Source: a virus. Taken from it: DNA of 64,000 bases. This document shows positions 1 to 8,532 of the stretch, piece by piece. Position 1 is the stretch's first letter. Each line of letters begins with the position of its first letter. The translations under genes and the position numbers were made by a program. The notes beneath the pieces were generated by a model. It worked only from the letters and a program-made list of their open reading frames with translations, was not told where the DNA came from and ran no database searches. The stretch spans positions 14,137 through 78,136 of the IMG/VR virus record IMGVR_UViG_3300032770_000018. One strand, written 5' to 3'.

Positions 1-937
1 ATTTGAGGCGCGAGATTTGCCCGTCTGTCGCGCCGTAGCGTTGGTCAGCGTTCTGGCTGGCGAGCGTTGCCGTGCGACCCGATTGCTGGCCGGGATGCTT
101 GGCGGGCTTCGTGTTCAGGCCACCGGCGCCCGCCGCAATGTCGGAGTAAGGCGGCGATGAAACCACCGCCGAAACCGTCCCCAATTTCAGCGTCTCGATA
201 TTTCCATCAGTCCTCTCCCCGGCGAGCCCCTGGTAAGTTCGGTTGCCGACCATGTCCGGTTTGTCTGGAGCGCCGTTCAGTGGCGCGGCGTATTTCCGCC
301 CCGGTGCCGGCACGTAGCCTTTGACATTGATCCCGCCGCCGCCTTTCCCGCTGGTCTCGGCATACGGCGGACTCGCAATCACCGCCCCAACCTTGCCCGA
401 GCGCAGGCGTCCGATTTGGCCGGCTTCCTCGCCGTATTCCGCGTGGCACGAAACCCCCTTACTGTGATTCTGTCCAAGTTCCCCGTTCTGCTTCGCCTTC
501 TCCCAGTCAATCCCGTCCTGTTGAGCGCGTAGTGACTCCGAATACGGCGGACTGGTGACGATGGCGCCGGCGCCCGCAATCACTTCATCGAACTGCCGCG
601 AGTCACCCTGGACGATCACTGGCATCGGCGCGTTCAACTGGCCCAGCCGGTAGGCGTGCAGGGCGAAGTTGTCTTGGGCCATCTTTACAAAACGCGGTTC
701 CAGTTCGCAGCCTACCCAGGCCAGCCCGCGATAGGCAGCGATCACCCCGCCGGTGCCGATGCCCCCAAAGCAGTCCACAACCGTGTCGCCTTTCGAGAGC
801 CAGCCGCGCTCGATGCAATGGTCGAGGATGCGCTCAATGAGTCCGCGCGAGAACTTGGCTGGGTGAGCAAAGCTCTCCGACGTGATAAAGCCGTCCCAGC
901 GGGAGTCGTAACAGCCGTGCCAGATGATGGGTTTCAT
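1..937 (-). CDS. DNA amino-methyltransferase (N4-C/N6-A type) with repeated SPPY motifs; 3' end runs off the window
   Basis: Absent from the ORF track because it has no stop in the window. Manual translation from ATG at 937: MKPIIWHGCYD...FAHPAKF...VVDCFGGIGTG (SAM-binding motif I)...GCELE...QGDSR...VTSPPY...IASPPY...VSSPPY; frame open to position 1. Confidence 0.85.
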   Translation of the reverse strand, partial: MKPIIWHGCYDSRWDGFITSESFAHPAKFSRGLIERILDHCIERGWLSKGDTVVDCFGGIGTGGVIAAYRGLAWVGCELEPRFVKMAQDNFALHAYRLGQLNAPMPVIVQGDSRQFDEVIAGAGAIVTSPPYSESLRAQQDGIDWEKAKQNGELGQNHSKGVSCHAEYGEEAGQIGRLRSGKVGAVIASPPYAETSGKGGGGINVKGYVPAPGRKYAAPLNGAPDKPDMVGNRTYQGLAGERTDGNIETLKLGTVSAVVSSPPYSDIAAGAGGLNTKPAKHPGQQSGRTATLASQNADQRYGATDGQISRLK

Positions 938-941
938 CGCG

Positions 942-1448
942 CTAAAACGGGATCTTGCTCTTTACCTCAGCCGAGTGATTTCGATGCGGCACCCCTCTTC
1001 GCCGGGCGCGACCCTTACCACCGTCCACGACCCCGATACCAAGTCGTTCACCGAGTCGTCTTCGGGTAGCCGTGATAACATCGCAAAGAGTTTCGAGCGC
1101 ACCCGTTGGGTCCCGTCGCTGCCGGTTTGACACATAATAAGTAACTGCGATTCTAAACTCTGGATGGCCTTCTCCATCCATTCCTGAAACTCCGGGGATG
1201 TAATCAGGAGCGGCCTCTTGAGCGGCCTCCCGTTCGGCAACTTGGTGATCCACCGCTTGGAATTCTTGAAGCTTGGGATGTGGAAGTTCGGCGCCGACGA
1301 TTGGGCCTCTGGTTCCCACTTCTTGCGCATTACCCGCGGAGCCTGGATTCGCTTTAGCTCCAGAACGAGCGGCTCGCCTAAACGACCCGTCGGACTGCTG
1401 AACAAATCCCCGGGCAAGCATTGAGGCTCTGAGTTCATCGGAGGTCAC
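942..1448 (-). CDS. RusA-like protein, frame B (central RRD..L..L.D motif)
   Basis: GTG at 1448 overlaps the upstream stop (GTGA); ends 4 nt before the MTase ATG; FRIAVTYYVSNRQRRDPTGALETLCDVI resembles the RusA core RRDxDNxxKxxxDxL. Confidence 0.55.
   Translation of the reverse strand: MTSDELRASMLARGFVQQSDGSFRRAARSGAKANPGSAGNAQEVGTRGPIVGAELPHPKLQEFQAVDHQVAEREAAQEAAPDYIPGVSGMDGEGHPEFRIAVTYYVSNRQRRDPTGALETLCDVITATRRRLGERLGIGVVDGGKGRARRRGVPHRNHSAEVKSKIPF
962..1438 (-). CDS. RusA-like protein, frame A (N-terminal PSxKN and C-terminal DD motifs), nested in frame B
   Basis: HIPSFKNSKR...LITSPEFQEW and PEDDSV...GEEGCRIEITRL resemble the RusA N- and C-terminal segments. Confidence 0.55.
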   Translation of the reverse strand: MNSEPQCLPGDLFSSPTGRLGEPLVLELKRIQAPRVMRKKWEPEAQSSAPNFHIPSFKNSKRWITKLPNGRPLKRPLLITSPEFQEWMEKAIQSLESQLLIMCQTGSDGTQRVRSKLFAMLSRLPEDDSVNDLVSGSWTVVRVAPGEEGCRIEITRLR

Positions 1449-1942
1449 TCGCATTTCTCCGGCAACGCCTTGAACCCGCCCTCCTTGAGCGCCTGATAGA
1501 AGGTGCGTTCCCCGTCCCACGCGTAGGGCAGGAACACTTCGCGGTACTCGGCCTGCTTCATTTGGATCATGGACATCTGGACCTCGATCCAGTCTTGAAC
1601 AATCTTCCAAGCCGTGCGCTCGGCCTGCTGCGCAAAGTCGGACTTACGCTTTTTCTTATGGGGGCTCCACGCCAAGGATTTCCCGTCCGATGATAGCTGT
1701 TCGCCATTGGCGTAGTTCAGCCAGAGTGCGTCCAGTGCCTTCTCTTTGTCGGCGGGAATGCGAATCGTCATGCGCGGCGCGCCTTGGTCTGGCTGAATGT
1801 GGAAGGTGATGGCCGAAATCTCGCCGTTGGTACCGCGGTACTCCTTGGTGATCCCGCTCACCCCGCACCGAATTAGCACCTGCTCAATGCGGTAGATGGT
1901 CTGGCTTACCGGCACGTTGCTGGTGTAGTTCTTGAGGAACAT
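1445..1942 (-). CDS. Phage hypothetical protein
   Basis: 165-aa ORF in the operon; KNYTS..., AERTAWKIVQDWIEVQ, EVFLPY resemble a recurrent phage family. Confidence 0.75.
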   Translation of the reverse strand: MFLKNYTSNVPVSQTIYRIEQVLIRCGVSGITKEYRGTNGEISAITFHIQPDQGAPRMTIRIPADKEKALDALWLNYANGEQLSSDGKSLAWSPHKKKRKSDFAQQAERTAWKIVQDWIEVQMSMIQMKQAEYREVFLPYAWDGERTFYQALKEGGFKALPEKCE

Positions 1943-1972
1943 ATCTCGATTTTCACAGTTTGTTTGCGCGGC

Positions 1973-2524
1973 CTACCTCGCGGGCTCCGGCGCGCGTTTG
2001 CGCACCCGGATTTCGCAAATCATCCCGGCCTTGAAGGCAGCGGGGTAGAACACGTCGGCCAGCGCCATCACCGATGGCACCTCCTCCGGGTCGTCTGGGT
2101 CGGCGTCAATATAGACCTTGATCTTGTCGCACTGGCGCTCGAAGGACAGTGGCATCTCGCGGTCGAACACCAGGGAGGTCGCCCGGCGAATCTGTTCGAG
2201 CAGGCCGTCCACGTCAAACTGCGGGTCCTGCTGGAACTCCCGCGCCGGCTCGGGCGAACCGACCAGCCCCTCCTCGAGCAGGATTTGCGCGTCGTAGCCT
2301 CCAAGCTGGCCGGCGCGCGCCGCCAGGTACTTGATGGCCTTGATCTGCCGCCCGGATTTTCCGCAGACAATTTTGAAGTCCGCGCGGTGGGGAATGACAG
2401 TGATTGCCACGTCGCTGCCATCCACGGCTTCCAGGATACGGCAGTCCGCCGGGTAGCGGCACAGGCCAAGAATCAGTGGGGCGATGGCCTTGCTAAGCGG
2501 GTGTTTCAGGTCTTCACGTTTCAC
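1973..2524 (-). CDS. KhpA-like KH-domain RNA-binding protein with a possible degenerate second repeat
   Basis: HRADFKIVCGKSGRQIKAIK matches the KhpA pattern D.GKVIGKxGRxxKAIR (GxxG loop). Confidence 0.75.
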   Translation of the reverse strand: MKREDLKHPLSKAIAPLILGLCRYPADCRILEAVDGSDVAITVIPHRADFKIVCGKSGRQIKAIKYLAARAGQLGGYDAQILLEEGLVGSPEPAREFQQDPQFDVDGLLEQIRRATSLVFDREMPLSFERQCDKIKVYIDADPDDPEEVPSVMALADVFYPAAFKAGMICEIRVRKRAPEPAR

Positions 2525-2533
2525 TGTGATAAA

Positions 2534-2562
2534 GCAATAACCCGGGCGCGCCGGGCTGTCAA
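2534..2562 (-). promoter_or_regulatory. Sigma70-like promoter for the KH gene (probably leaderless)
   Basis: TTGACA-17 nt-TATTGC on the minus strand, GTG start 9 nt after the -10 box. Confidence 0.5.
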
Positions 2563-2753
2563 CGATTTCTCTTCGCGATGTTGTACCCCTGCACGAACGC
2601 GACCCACGCCGTTCCCATAGCCGCCGCCAGACAGCGCTCGCTCATGTAGGTATCGCGCTTGAGGACGAGCTTCTGCTTGGCCCACATCTTTTCAAACTCC
2701 AGGCGCAGGGCCTCGCTCTGCTCCATGTGATGTTCGAGTTGGATCAGGGTCAT
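2559..2753 (-). CDS. Hypothetical protein
   Basis: 64-aa ORF, ATGA-coupled to dnaB. Confidence 0.6.
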   Translation of the reverse strand: MTLIQLEHHMEQSEALRLEFEKMWAKQKLVLKRDTYMSERCLAAAMGTAWVAFVQGYNIAKRNR

Positions 2754-4210
2754 TGGGGTTGGTAGGCGAGATCCGGCTGGGTATCCACCTGGACATCATC
2801 GTCGGATATTTTAGCAGCGCTTTCGAAACGCGTGTAGCTCTTGCAAAACACAAGCGGGACCTCTCCGGTTGGTCCATCCTTCTGCTTGTCGATCAGGAGG
2901 TTCACGCGCTGGGTGTAGTCGTTCCCATTATCCGCAGCATCGTCGTCCTGCTCCTTCGGGCGGTAGAGCAGGCCAACCACGTCGGCATCCTGTTCAACGG
3001 CCCCGGACTCCCGCAGGTCGGCCATCCTTGGCTTGCGATTCTTTTCCCGGTCGAGCTCGCGGTTTAACTGGCTGAGGACGATTATCGGGATGTTCAGTTC
3101 CTTTCCGATTGCCTTAACGCCCGAGGAGATGTCGGCGATCTCCTGCTCCCGGGTTTTGGCCCGCGCGGAGGTAGAATGCAGAAGCTGGAGGTAGTCTATT
3201 ACCAGGAGCTTTATTCCATGCTGCTGGTGCCACCGCCTGGCCTTGGCGCGCAGTTGCAGGACCGATAGCCCTGACTTGTCGTGAACGAAAAGCGGCGCCC
3301 GGGACAACCGTCCTGCGGCATCGGTGATGCTCGAAAAATCGCGCTCGGCAATTAACCCCTGATGAACGTTGCGGATGTTCACCCTGGCCCGGGAACAGAC
3401 CATCCGCATCATCAAGTTATCCGCAGTGGTCTCCAGCGTAAAGACCCCGACCGGAAGGCGCTGCTCGACGGCAACGTAATCGGCGATATTGGCCGCCAGT
3501 GAGCTTTTCCCCATGCTCGGACGGCCAGCGATGACGATCATGCTGGCCGGCTGCATCCCCCAGATGAGGCGGTCCAGATCGACAAATCCCGTAGGAATGC
3601 CCCGCAGCTTTCCGCGGTTCTGGTGGCAGTCCTCAATCACAGCGATGGTCCGCTGCACCAGTTTTCCAACCGGATCGGTTTCACCTACCGACGCCCGAGC
3701 CTCAGCCACTCGGAGAACATCGCGCTCCATCTCATCAATCAAAGCGTCCACTTCGCCCTCATAGTCGTAAATCCTGCTGACTATCCCGGTGCAGGTCTGG
3801 ATCATCCTTCGGAGCAGGTATTTCTCGTGGATGATGTCCGTGTAGTAGGTGACCATGGCTGGAGACGCGGCCAGGTTTGGAAGTTGTGCTAGATACGCAA
3901 TGCCACCAACCTGGTCCAGGAGGCGTTTATCCTTGAGTTTTTGCTGAAGGGTCACCACGTCAATGCCCTCGCGCGCGTCGTACATCTCAACCATGGTCGA
4001 ATAGATGGACTGATGCCGCAGATCATAGAACACCTCGGGGACTCCTGAAAATGCCCGGATGCACTCCCCGATCGTGGAATTTGGGTCCTGTAGGATGCAC
4101 CCAAGGCAAGCCTCTTCGGCCTCCGAAGAGTGTGGTGGAAGGCGATCGATGCTGGACCCGTTTCGGGACGCGCTGTTTCGCCGGCCGGATGTAAGGTCTG
4201 GGGAAATCAC
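2750..4210 (-). CDS. dnaB: Replicative DNA helicase
   Basis: PPHSSEAEEACLG N-domain, Walker A GRPSMGKS, IDYLQL, LSQLNR, DLRESGAVEQDAD, KQKDGPTG. Confidence 0.97.
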   Translation of the reverse strand: MISPDLTSGRRNSASRNGSSIDRLPPHSSEAEEACLGCILQDPNSTIGECIRAFSGVPEVFYDLRHQSIYSTMVEMYDAREGIDVVTLQQKLKDKRLLDQVGGIAYLAQLPNLAASPAMVTYYTDIIHEKYLLRRMIQTCTGIVSRIYDYEGEVDALIDEMERDVLRVAEARASVGETDPVGKLVQRTIAVIEDCHQNRGKLRGIPTGFVDLDRLIWGMQPASMIVIAGRPSMGKSSLAANIADYVAVEQRLPVGVFTLETTADNLMMRMVCSRARVNIRNVHQGLIAERDFSSITDAAGRLSRAPLFVHDKSGLSVLQLRAKARRWHQQHGIKLLVIDYLQLLHSTSARAKTREQEIADISSGVKAIGKELNIPIIVLSQLNRELDREKNRKPRMADLRESGAVEQDADVVGLLYRPKEQDDDAADNGNDYTQRVNLLIDKQKDGPTGEVPLVFCKSYTRFESAAKISDDDVQVDTQPDLAYQPQ

Positions 4211-5034
4211 GCGGAAACTCCTGCCAGGGCGATCTGGCGGTTAAGGTCATCAGCCCTCAAGCGCAGAGCTTTAAGCTCTGCCCGTTGGGCTTCGGTGCAA
4301 CGCGGATTGTAGGCGGTGCTATCGCGGTTGGCCGGGTGAGTTGATATAACCTCGGACACAGACTTGAGTTGAACCGCCGGGCTCGGCGCGAAACCACTGC
4401 CATTACCGTTCAGTTTTTGCTCGAAGATTCCCTGATACCCCTTCTCAATCGAGTTGTTGATCGCATCTACCCATCTTTTAGGCCCCCACTCCTTTAGCAA
4501 CTTTAACTGGAGGCGTGCGGTGGATGGTGTAATCTTCTGACGGCGCTCCCGGCGGTACTTGTTCCAGTCATCCCACGCGACCCGGCATTCCTCGGTCATC
4601 AGCTCAGAGTCCTTGAAAAGCTCTGACGGTTGTACTGACGGATCTATGACGGGTACTGACGGATCGGGTGACCCTGAGTGTACACGCCGGTCACCCCTCT
4701 CTGCCTCCAGGGTCACCCCTCCATTACCACGCCGGTCACCCCTCTCCGTTGACAGGTGACCTACAGTCACCCGTGGGGTTAGCCTGTAAAGGTTAGTTGT
4801 TCCAGGCAGCCCTCCGCCACGCCTGACGCTCACCTTTCCGGACTTTGTCAGCCGAATGATTATACGCTGAACCCCGCGGTCGGACATCCTGGCTTTTAGG
4901 GCAATGCTATCTATGCTTGGCCAAGCCTCTCCGGAGTCATTACAGAAGTCTGCAAGTGCCAGCATTACAAGAAGTTCAGGCTGCTTAGATATAGAGGCGT
5001 CATCCCACACCTGGGACATTATTCGGATGCTCAT
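4207..5034 (-). CDS. Phage replication initiator (N-terminal winged HTH)
   Basis: MSIRIMSQVW..LLVMLALADFCNDSGEAWPSIDSIA HTH signature; C-terminal WxxYRxE...NSIEKGYQGIF; directly upstream of dnaB. Confidence 0.85.
   Translation of the reverse strand: MSIRIMSQVWDDASISKQPELLVMLALADFCNDSGEAWPSIDSIALKARMSDRGVQRIIIRLTKSGKVSVRRGGGLPGTTNLYRLTPRVTVGHLSTERGDRRGNGGVTLEAERGDRRVHSGSPDPSVPVIDPSVQPSELFKDSELMTEECRVAWDDWNKYRRERRQKITPSTARLQLKLLKEWGPKRWVDAINNSIEKGYQGIFEQKLNGNGSGFAPSPAVQLKSVSEVISTHPANRDSTAYNPRCTEAQRAELKALRLRADDLNRQIALAGVSA
4632..4775. repeat. Iteron-like direct repeats (putative replication origin) inside the initiator gene
   Basis: CACGCCGGTCACCCCTCTC at 4683-4701 and 4728-4746, GGTCACCCCTC at 4711, GTACTGACGGATC at 4632 and 4653. 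Confidence 0.65.
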
Positions 5035-5244
5035 GGGTTTTGAATTTGAACGTTCTGTGCTGCCTCCGGCAGATGTGACTCCGGACAGTTCGGCGGGACC
5101 GAAAAGGCCAGAAGCAGCACGGAATTTTCGTTATATCCGAAGTCACGAGACCGGTTCTACACCCCAGCTCGCGACCCGTGCAAGGGTTTTCTGAAAAAAC
5201 TTCACGATTGACACGAAGCCCGGTCGGTAGGACAACGGGGCGAT

Positions 5245-5448
5245 ATGGCAGCAGCGAATTGGATCTCTGGAGCAGTGAAAAATCGAGGAGCACTCCACCG
5301 GGAACTCGGCATCCCTCAGGGCCAAAAAATACCGGCGTCCAAGCTGGCGAGCGCCGCGGCCAAGGGAGGAAAGCTTGGCCGGCGGGCACGCCTGGCTCAG
5401 ACGCTCGGGAAGTTAAGGCGCAAGGGCTCACTGCGGGCGAAGCGGTAG
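5245..5448 (+). CDS. Small basic phage protein (WI..A.K..GAL...LG....KIP..KL family)
   Basis: NWISGAVKNRGALHRELGIPQGQKIPASKL...GKLGRRARLAQTL resembles a recurrent phage small protein; TTGACA 37 nt upstream. Confidence 0.75.
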   Translation: MAAANWISGAVKNRGALHRELGIPQGQKIPASKLASAAAKGGKLGRRARLAQTLGKLRRKGSLRAKR

Positions 5449-5449
5449 C

Positions 5450-5764
5450 CTATTCGGGATCGTCCTCGATTTCGGTCTTCACTTTGAGCTTCTCGCTGGT
5501 CTCGAACTCGACCGAACGATGGGCGGTGACCTTTTCGGTCTTGCCGTCCTCCTCGCCCTCTGCTGGGACCTCGATCTCCACGTCGTAGGTGTAACCGCTC
5601 TGCTTGTGCTTCTGGAGGAGTTCCAAAAGCGCTTTCTTGGCCGCGATCTCCGTCTTTCCCCAGGCCATTCGGCTGTCACGCGCAGCCACGTAATTCTCGG
5701 CCGCCGTTTCGATCTCTTTGATTCTCGCCGGCCCGGTTCCGGGCAGGCTGTCTTGTTTTGCCAT
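5450..5764 (-). CDS. Hypothetical protein
   Basis: 104-aa ORF with typical codon usage. Confidence 0.7.
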   Translation of the reverse strand: MAKQDSLPGTGPARIKEIETAAENYVAARDSRMAWGKTEIAAKKALLELLQKHKQSGYTYDVEIEVPAEGEEDGKTEKVTAHRSVEFETSEKLKVKTEIEDDPE

Positions 5765-5802
5765 GATGTTCTTTCTGTGTTTTTGGTTAACCGTCGTGGA
5801 AA

Positions 5803-6783
5803 CTATTCGCCGTAGAGCATCAGCCGCTCAGGCGGTTCGGTGATGGTGAAGCCGTCAATAACCTTCTGCCCCTCGTCGTCCCAGGAAGGGAACACCCCGG
5901 ACCTGAGGCATCGGCAGTAAAGCCGCAGGGCCATAACACACTTCTCCCGGCCGCGTCGCATGAACTCCGCCGAGATGTGGCGCCGCGCTGGCTGGTAGGG
6001 GGCGACGTTTTCCTGGATGATGTGCCGGAAGTCCGTCCGGTCTTCGCCGGTGGCCAGCGTGTAAACGTCCATGTTCATTGCCGCCTGCCAGTCGTAATTC
6101 CGCTTGTGGACCACCCAGCGCCAGCCGTCCGGGTCGGCCTCGCGCGCGGTTTTGAAATCGCCAAGGCACTTTCCGAACAGCGGGTGGGCCTTGTCGCAGA
6201 CGAGATCGGTCAGCGTTTTTACCGGGATGACCAGACCGGTCTCGGGGTCCTTGTACTCCGCCACACACATGACCTGGAAAGCCGAGCACTTGATGAACGG
6301 CCCGCAGACCGGGTCCTTCATCAGGCGAGCGACGGCAGAGGTGGCCTCGAGCATCATCTCAGCGTCAACGACAGTCAGTCCGTCGGACTCCTGCTCAGCC
6401 TTCCAGTCCTTGCACTCCTTGCACTGGGGGTTCCATGGCACCTGCTCGCCAGCAACAGCCTTACCCTCTTTGACGATGCTCATGGTTTTTGTCGCCGTAC
6501 AGGTCTCCGGGGGAATGGCGTAGCGCTGGTCGAAGCGGCCGCGGTCGGTTACTAGGCAGTCAATGAGGCTACCCCACTCGGTAGCGTCCGTGTCCTTGGG
6601 CTTGTAGCCAGCCAGCCAGTTCTGCGGGTTGCGCGTGAAAAGGCCAAGCTCGGAGCGTGTCATCGCGCGGCCGGGATGACCGCGCGGGAACGCCGGATCA
6701 TCCAGGTGGTAGGCATCGGCGTCGACGTTGGCCCCGACCAGTTTGGCATTAGAGAACGGGTTTTTGAATTCGGGTAGTTCCAT
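5803..6783 (-). CDS. RecE/exonuclease VIII-like PD-(D/E)XK nuclease
   Basis: YH...SEL...WGSLIDCL, KTLTDL...GDFKT, YDWQAA; next to a Sak4-like ATPase. Confidence 0.8.
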   Translation of the reverse strand: MELPEFKNPFSNAKLVGANVDADAYHLDDPAFPRGHPGRAMTRSELGLFTRNPQNWLAGYKPKDTDATEWGSLIDCLVTDRGRFDQRYAIPPETCTATKTMSIVKEGKAVAGEQVPWNPQCKECKDWKAEQESDGLTVVDAEMMLEATSAVARLMKDPVCGPFIKCSAFQVMCVAEYKDPETGLVIPVKTLTDLVCDKAHPLFGKCLGDFKTAREADPDGWRWVVHKRNYDWQAAMNMDVYTLATGEDRTDFRHIIQENVAPYQPARRHISAEFMRRGREKCVMALRLYCRCLRSGVFPSWDDEGQKVIDGFTITEPPERLMLYGE

Positions 6784-6786
6784 AGG

Positions 6787-8214
6787 TCAGGGAGTAATGC
6801 CGAGTTCATCCTGGGCCCCGGGATTCGGGTCCTTGGCAGCCGCTGCCGGCTGCGGGTTTTCAACTGACTCCGGCGGCGCACTCCCCACCACGTAGCCGTC
6901 CTCGATGATGACCGTCGGCTCGACATCCCGGGCGATGCGCTCGACCCAAATCTGGCAATCGGCCTTATCGGCGATTTCGGCCAGGAGTTTCATCCCGTCG
7001 GCGTCCACGTCGTTGCCGGCGCGGATGAGGCAGACCATGAGCTTGGGGTTTAGGGCGATAGCGATTGAAACAGAGACAACGAGCTGCTCGCGCGTGCTGG
7101 CCTGGTCGAAGGGCAGGCCGTTGAGCAGCACCTCACCGGTTTCCTCGCCGATGGAAAGCCCTGGCACCGGGTATTTCGCCTCCTGGATGGCCGTCCGCTT
7201 CTTCGCGTCGAAATCCTCGAGCTTGCGGGTGAGCGCGTCGGCCTCTTTGGTCTTGGCCACAACTTTAGTCTTCAGGTCGGCGTGGGTCTTATTCGCCCGG
7301 ACTTTCTCGTTGGTGATTTCAACTTCAAAAGCCTTCTGCTTGAAGGGCGCGAGGTCCACGTCCACCAGATTCGCAACCGAAAGCTCAAGCCGTTTATGCT
7401 CCTCGAGCTTCTCAGTGTGGGATTTGGAGAGATTGTCGAGCGTGCGTTTCTGCGAAGCCAGTTCATCCTGCAGGCGCTTAATCTCCTGCTCGGTTTCTGC
7501 GATCTTGCCCTGCTGGTAAGCCTTTGAGGCGGCAATGCGCGAGGCACTTTCGGCGGCGTTGTTGGCGGCCGTGCGGGCGGCAGCGTTCTGCGCGTTGGTC
7601 GCCGCCGCGGCCTCCTGCTGGGCGATGATGTCGGCGGCCGAGGTCTCGGTCTCCGGTGCGCCAGCGTAATGCGGAGCAGCCGATAGTTGGGCCTGAAGGC
7701 TGGCCAGGTCGCGATTGACCGCCGTGCGCTCGTTGAAGACCTTCTGGCGATCCTGGTCGTGGGCGGCAAAATCCAACCCGAGGATCTGCCGAAGGGTATC
7801 CCCACGCTTTTTGCTCTTGGCCTCATCCGAGATCGCCCCGGGGGGATTAACGAATTCGAGCGGGTCAAAGCTAAGGTTGCCGCAAAGACCGTCCAGGACA
7901 GCCTGGGGAGATTGGTATTTGTCGCCGTCCTTGGGTTTGACCACCAGTTGCATCCCGCCGGCGGCGGTGAACGTGCGTTTGACGGTGAAGTCGCCCAAGT
8001 CGAGCGTGCCCCCACCCTTTTGGTGGCCGCGGGTGACTGGCTTGGAGGGAATAGACTTTCCTCCGCGCAGAGCGGCCTCGACAAAGTCCAGAATGGACGA
8101 TTTGCCGGCACCGTTCTTGCCGGAGATGATGACGAGGTTCCCATCCGGGGTGATCTCGACAAAGTTGACGCGCTTGAAATGCTCCATCTGGAGCCCGAGA
8201 ATTTTTGTTGCCAT
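6787..8214 (-). CDS. SMC/SbcC-like coiled-coil ATPase
   Basis: Walker A SGKNGAGKSS, long coiled coil, QASTREQL signature, IIEDG. Confidence 0.85.
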   Translation of the reverse strand: MATKILGLQMEHFKRVNFVEITPDGNLVIISGKNGAGKSSILDFVEAALRGGKSIPSKPVTRGHQKGGGTLDLGDFTVKRTFTAAGGMQLVVKPKDGDKYQSPQAVLDGLCGNLSFDPLEFVNPPGAISDEAKSKKRGDTLRQILGLDFAAHDQDRQKVFNERTAVNRDLASLQAQLSAAPHYAGAPETETSAADIIAQQEAAAATNAQNAAARTAANNAAESASRIAASKAYQQGKIAETEQEIKRLQDELASQKRTLDNLSKSHTEKLEEHKRLELSVANLVDVDLAPFKQKAFEVEITNEKVRANKTHADLKTKVVAKTKEADALTRKLEDFDAKKRTAIQEAKYPVPGLSIGEETGEVLLNGLPFDQASTREQLVVSVSIAIALNPKLMVCLIRAGNDVDADGMKLLAEIADKADCQIWVERIARDVEPTVIIEDGYVVGSAPPESVENPQPAAAAKDPNPGAQDELGITP

Positions 8215-8247
8215 AAGAGGAAGGAGACGAAGGTTCAGGGACTGGGT

Positions 8248-8532
8248 TTAGTTCGGAGACGGCGCGCCAGGCGTCGGCGCCGGAGTCGCGCTCCTCGATC
8301 CACGCCGCTTTGTACCGCCATTGATGCTGCGGGCCTTGGGTTTGCTGTTGGGCTTCGTGGTGAGGATGTCGACGATGGCCTCCTTGTGGTTGATGACGGC
8401 TGCGACCGCGTTGTCTACGTCCGTCATGGCCGCCGAAGAGAAGATTCCCTTGAGTTCGTGCTTCTGTGCTTCCTCCAAACTCGCGTGAGTTTGTCCGTCC
8501 CCTGTTACGAATGCCTTTGTGAATGCGATCAT
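8248..8532 (-). CDS. Hypothetical protein
   Basis: 94-aa ORF, ATGA-coupled. Confidence 0.7.
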   Translation of the reverse strand: MIAFTKAFVTGDGQTHASLEEAQKHELKGIFSSAAMTDVDNAVAAVINHKEAIVDILTTKPNSKPKARSINGGTKRRGSRSATPAPTPGAPSPN

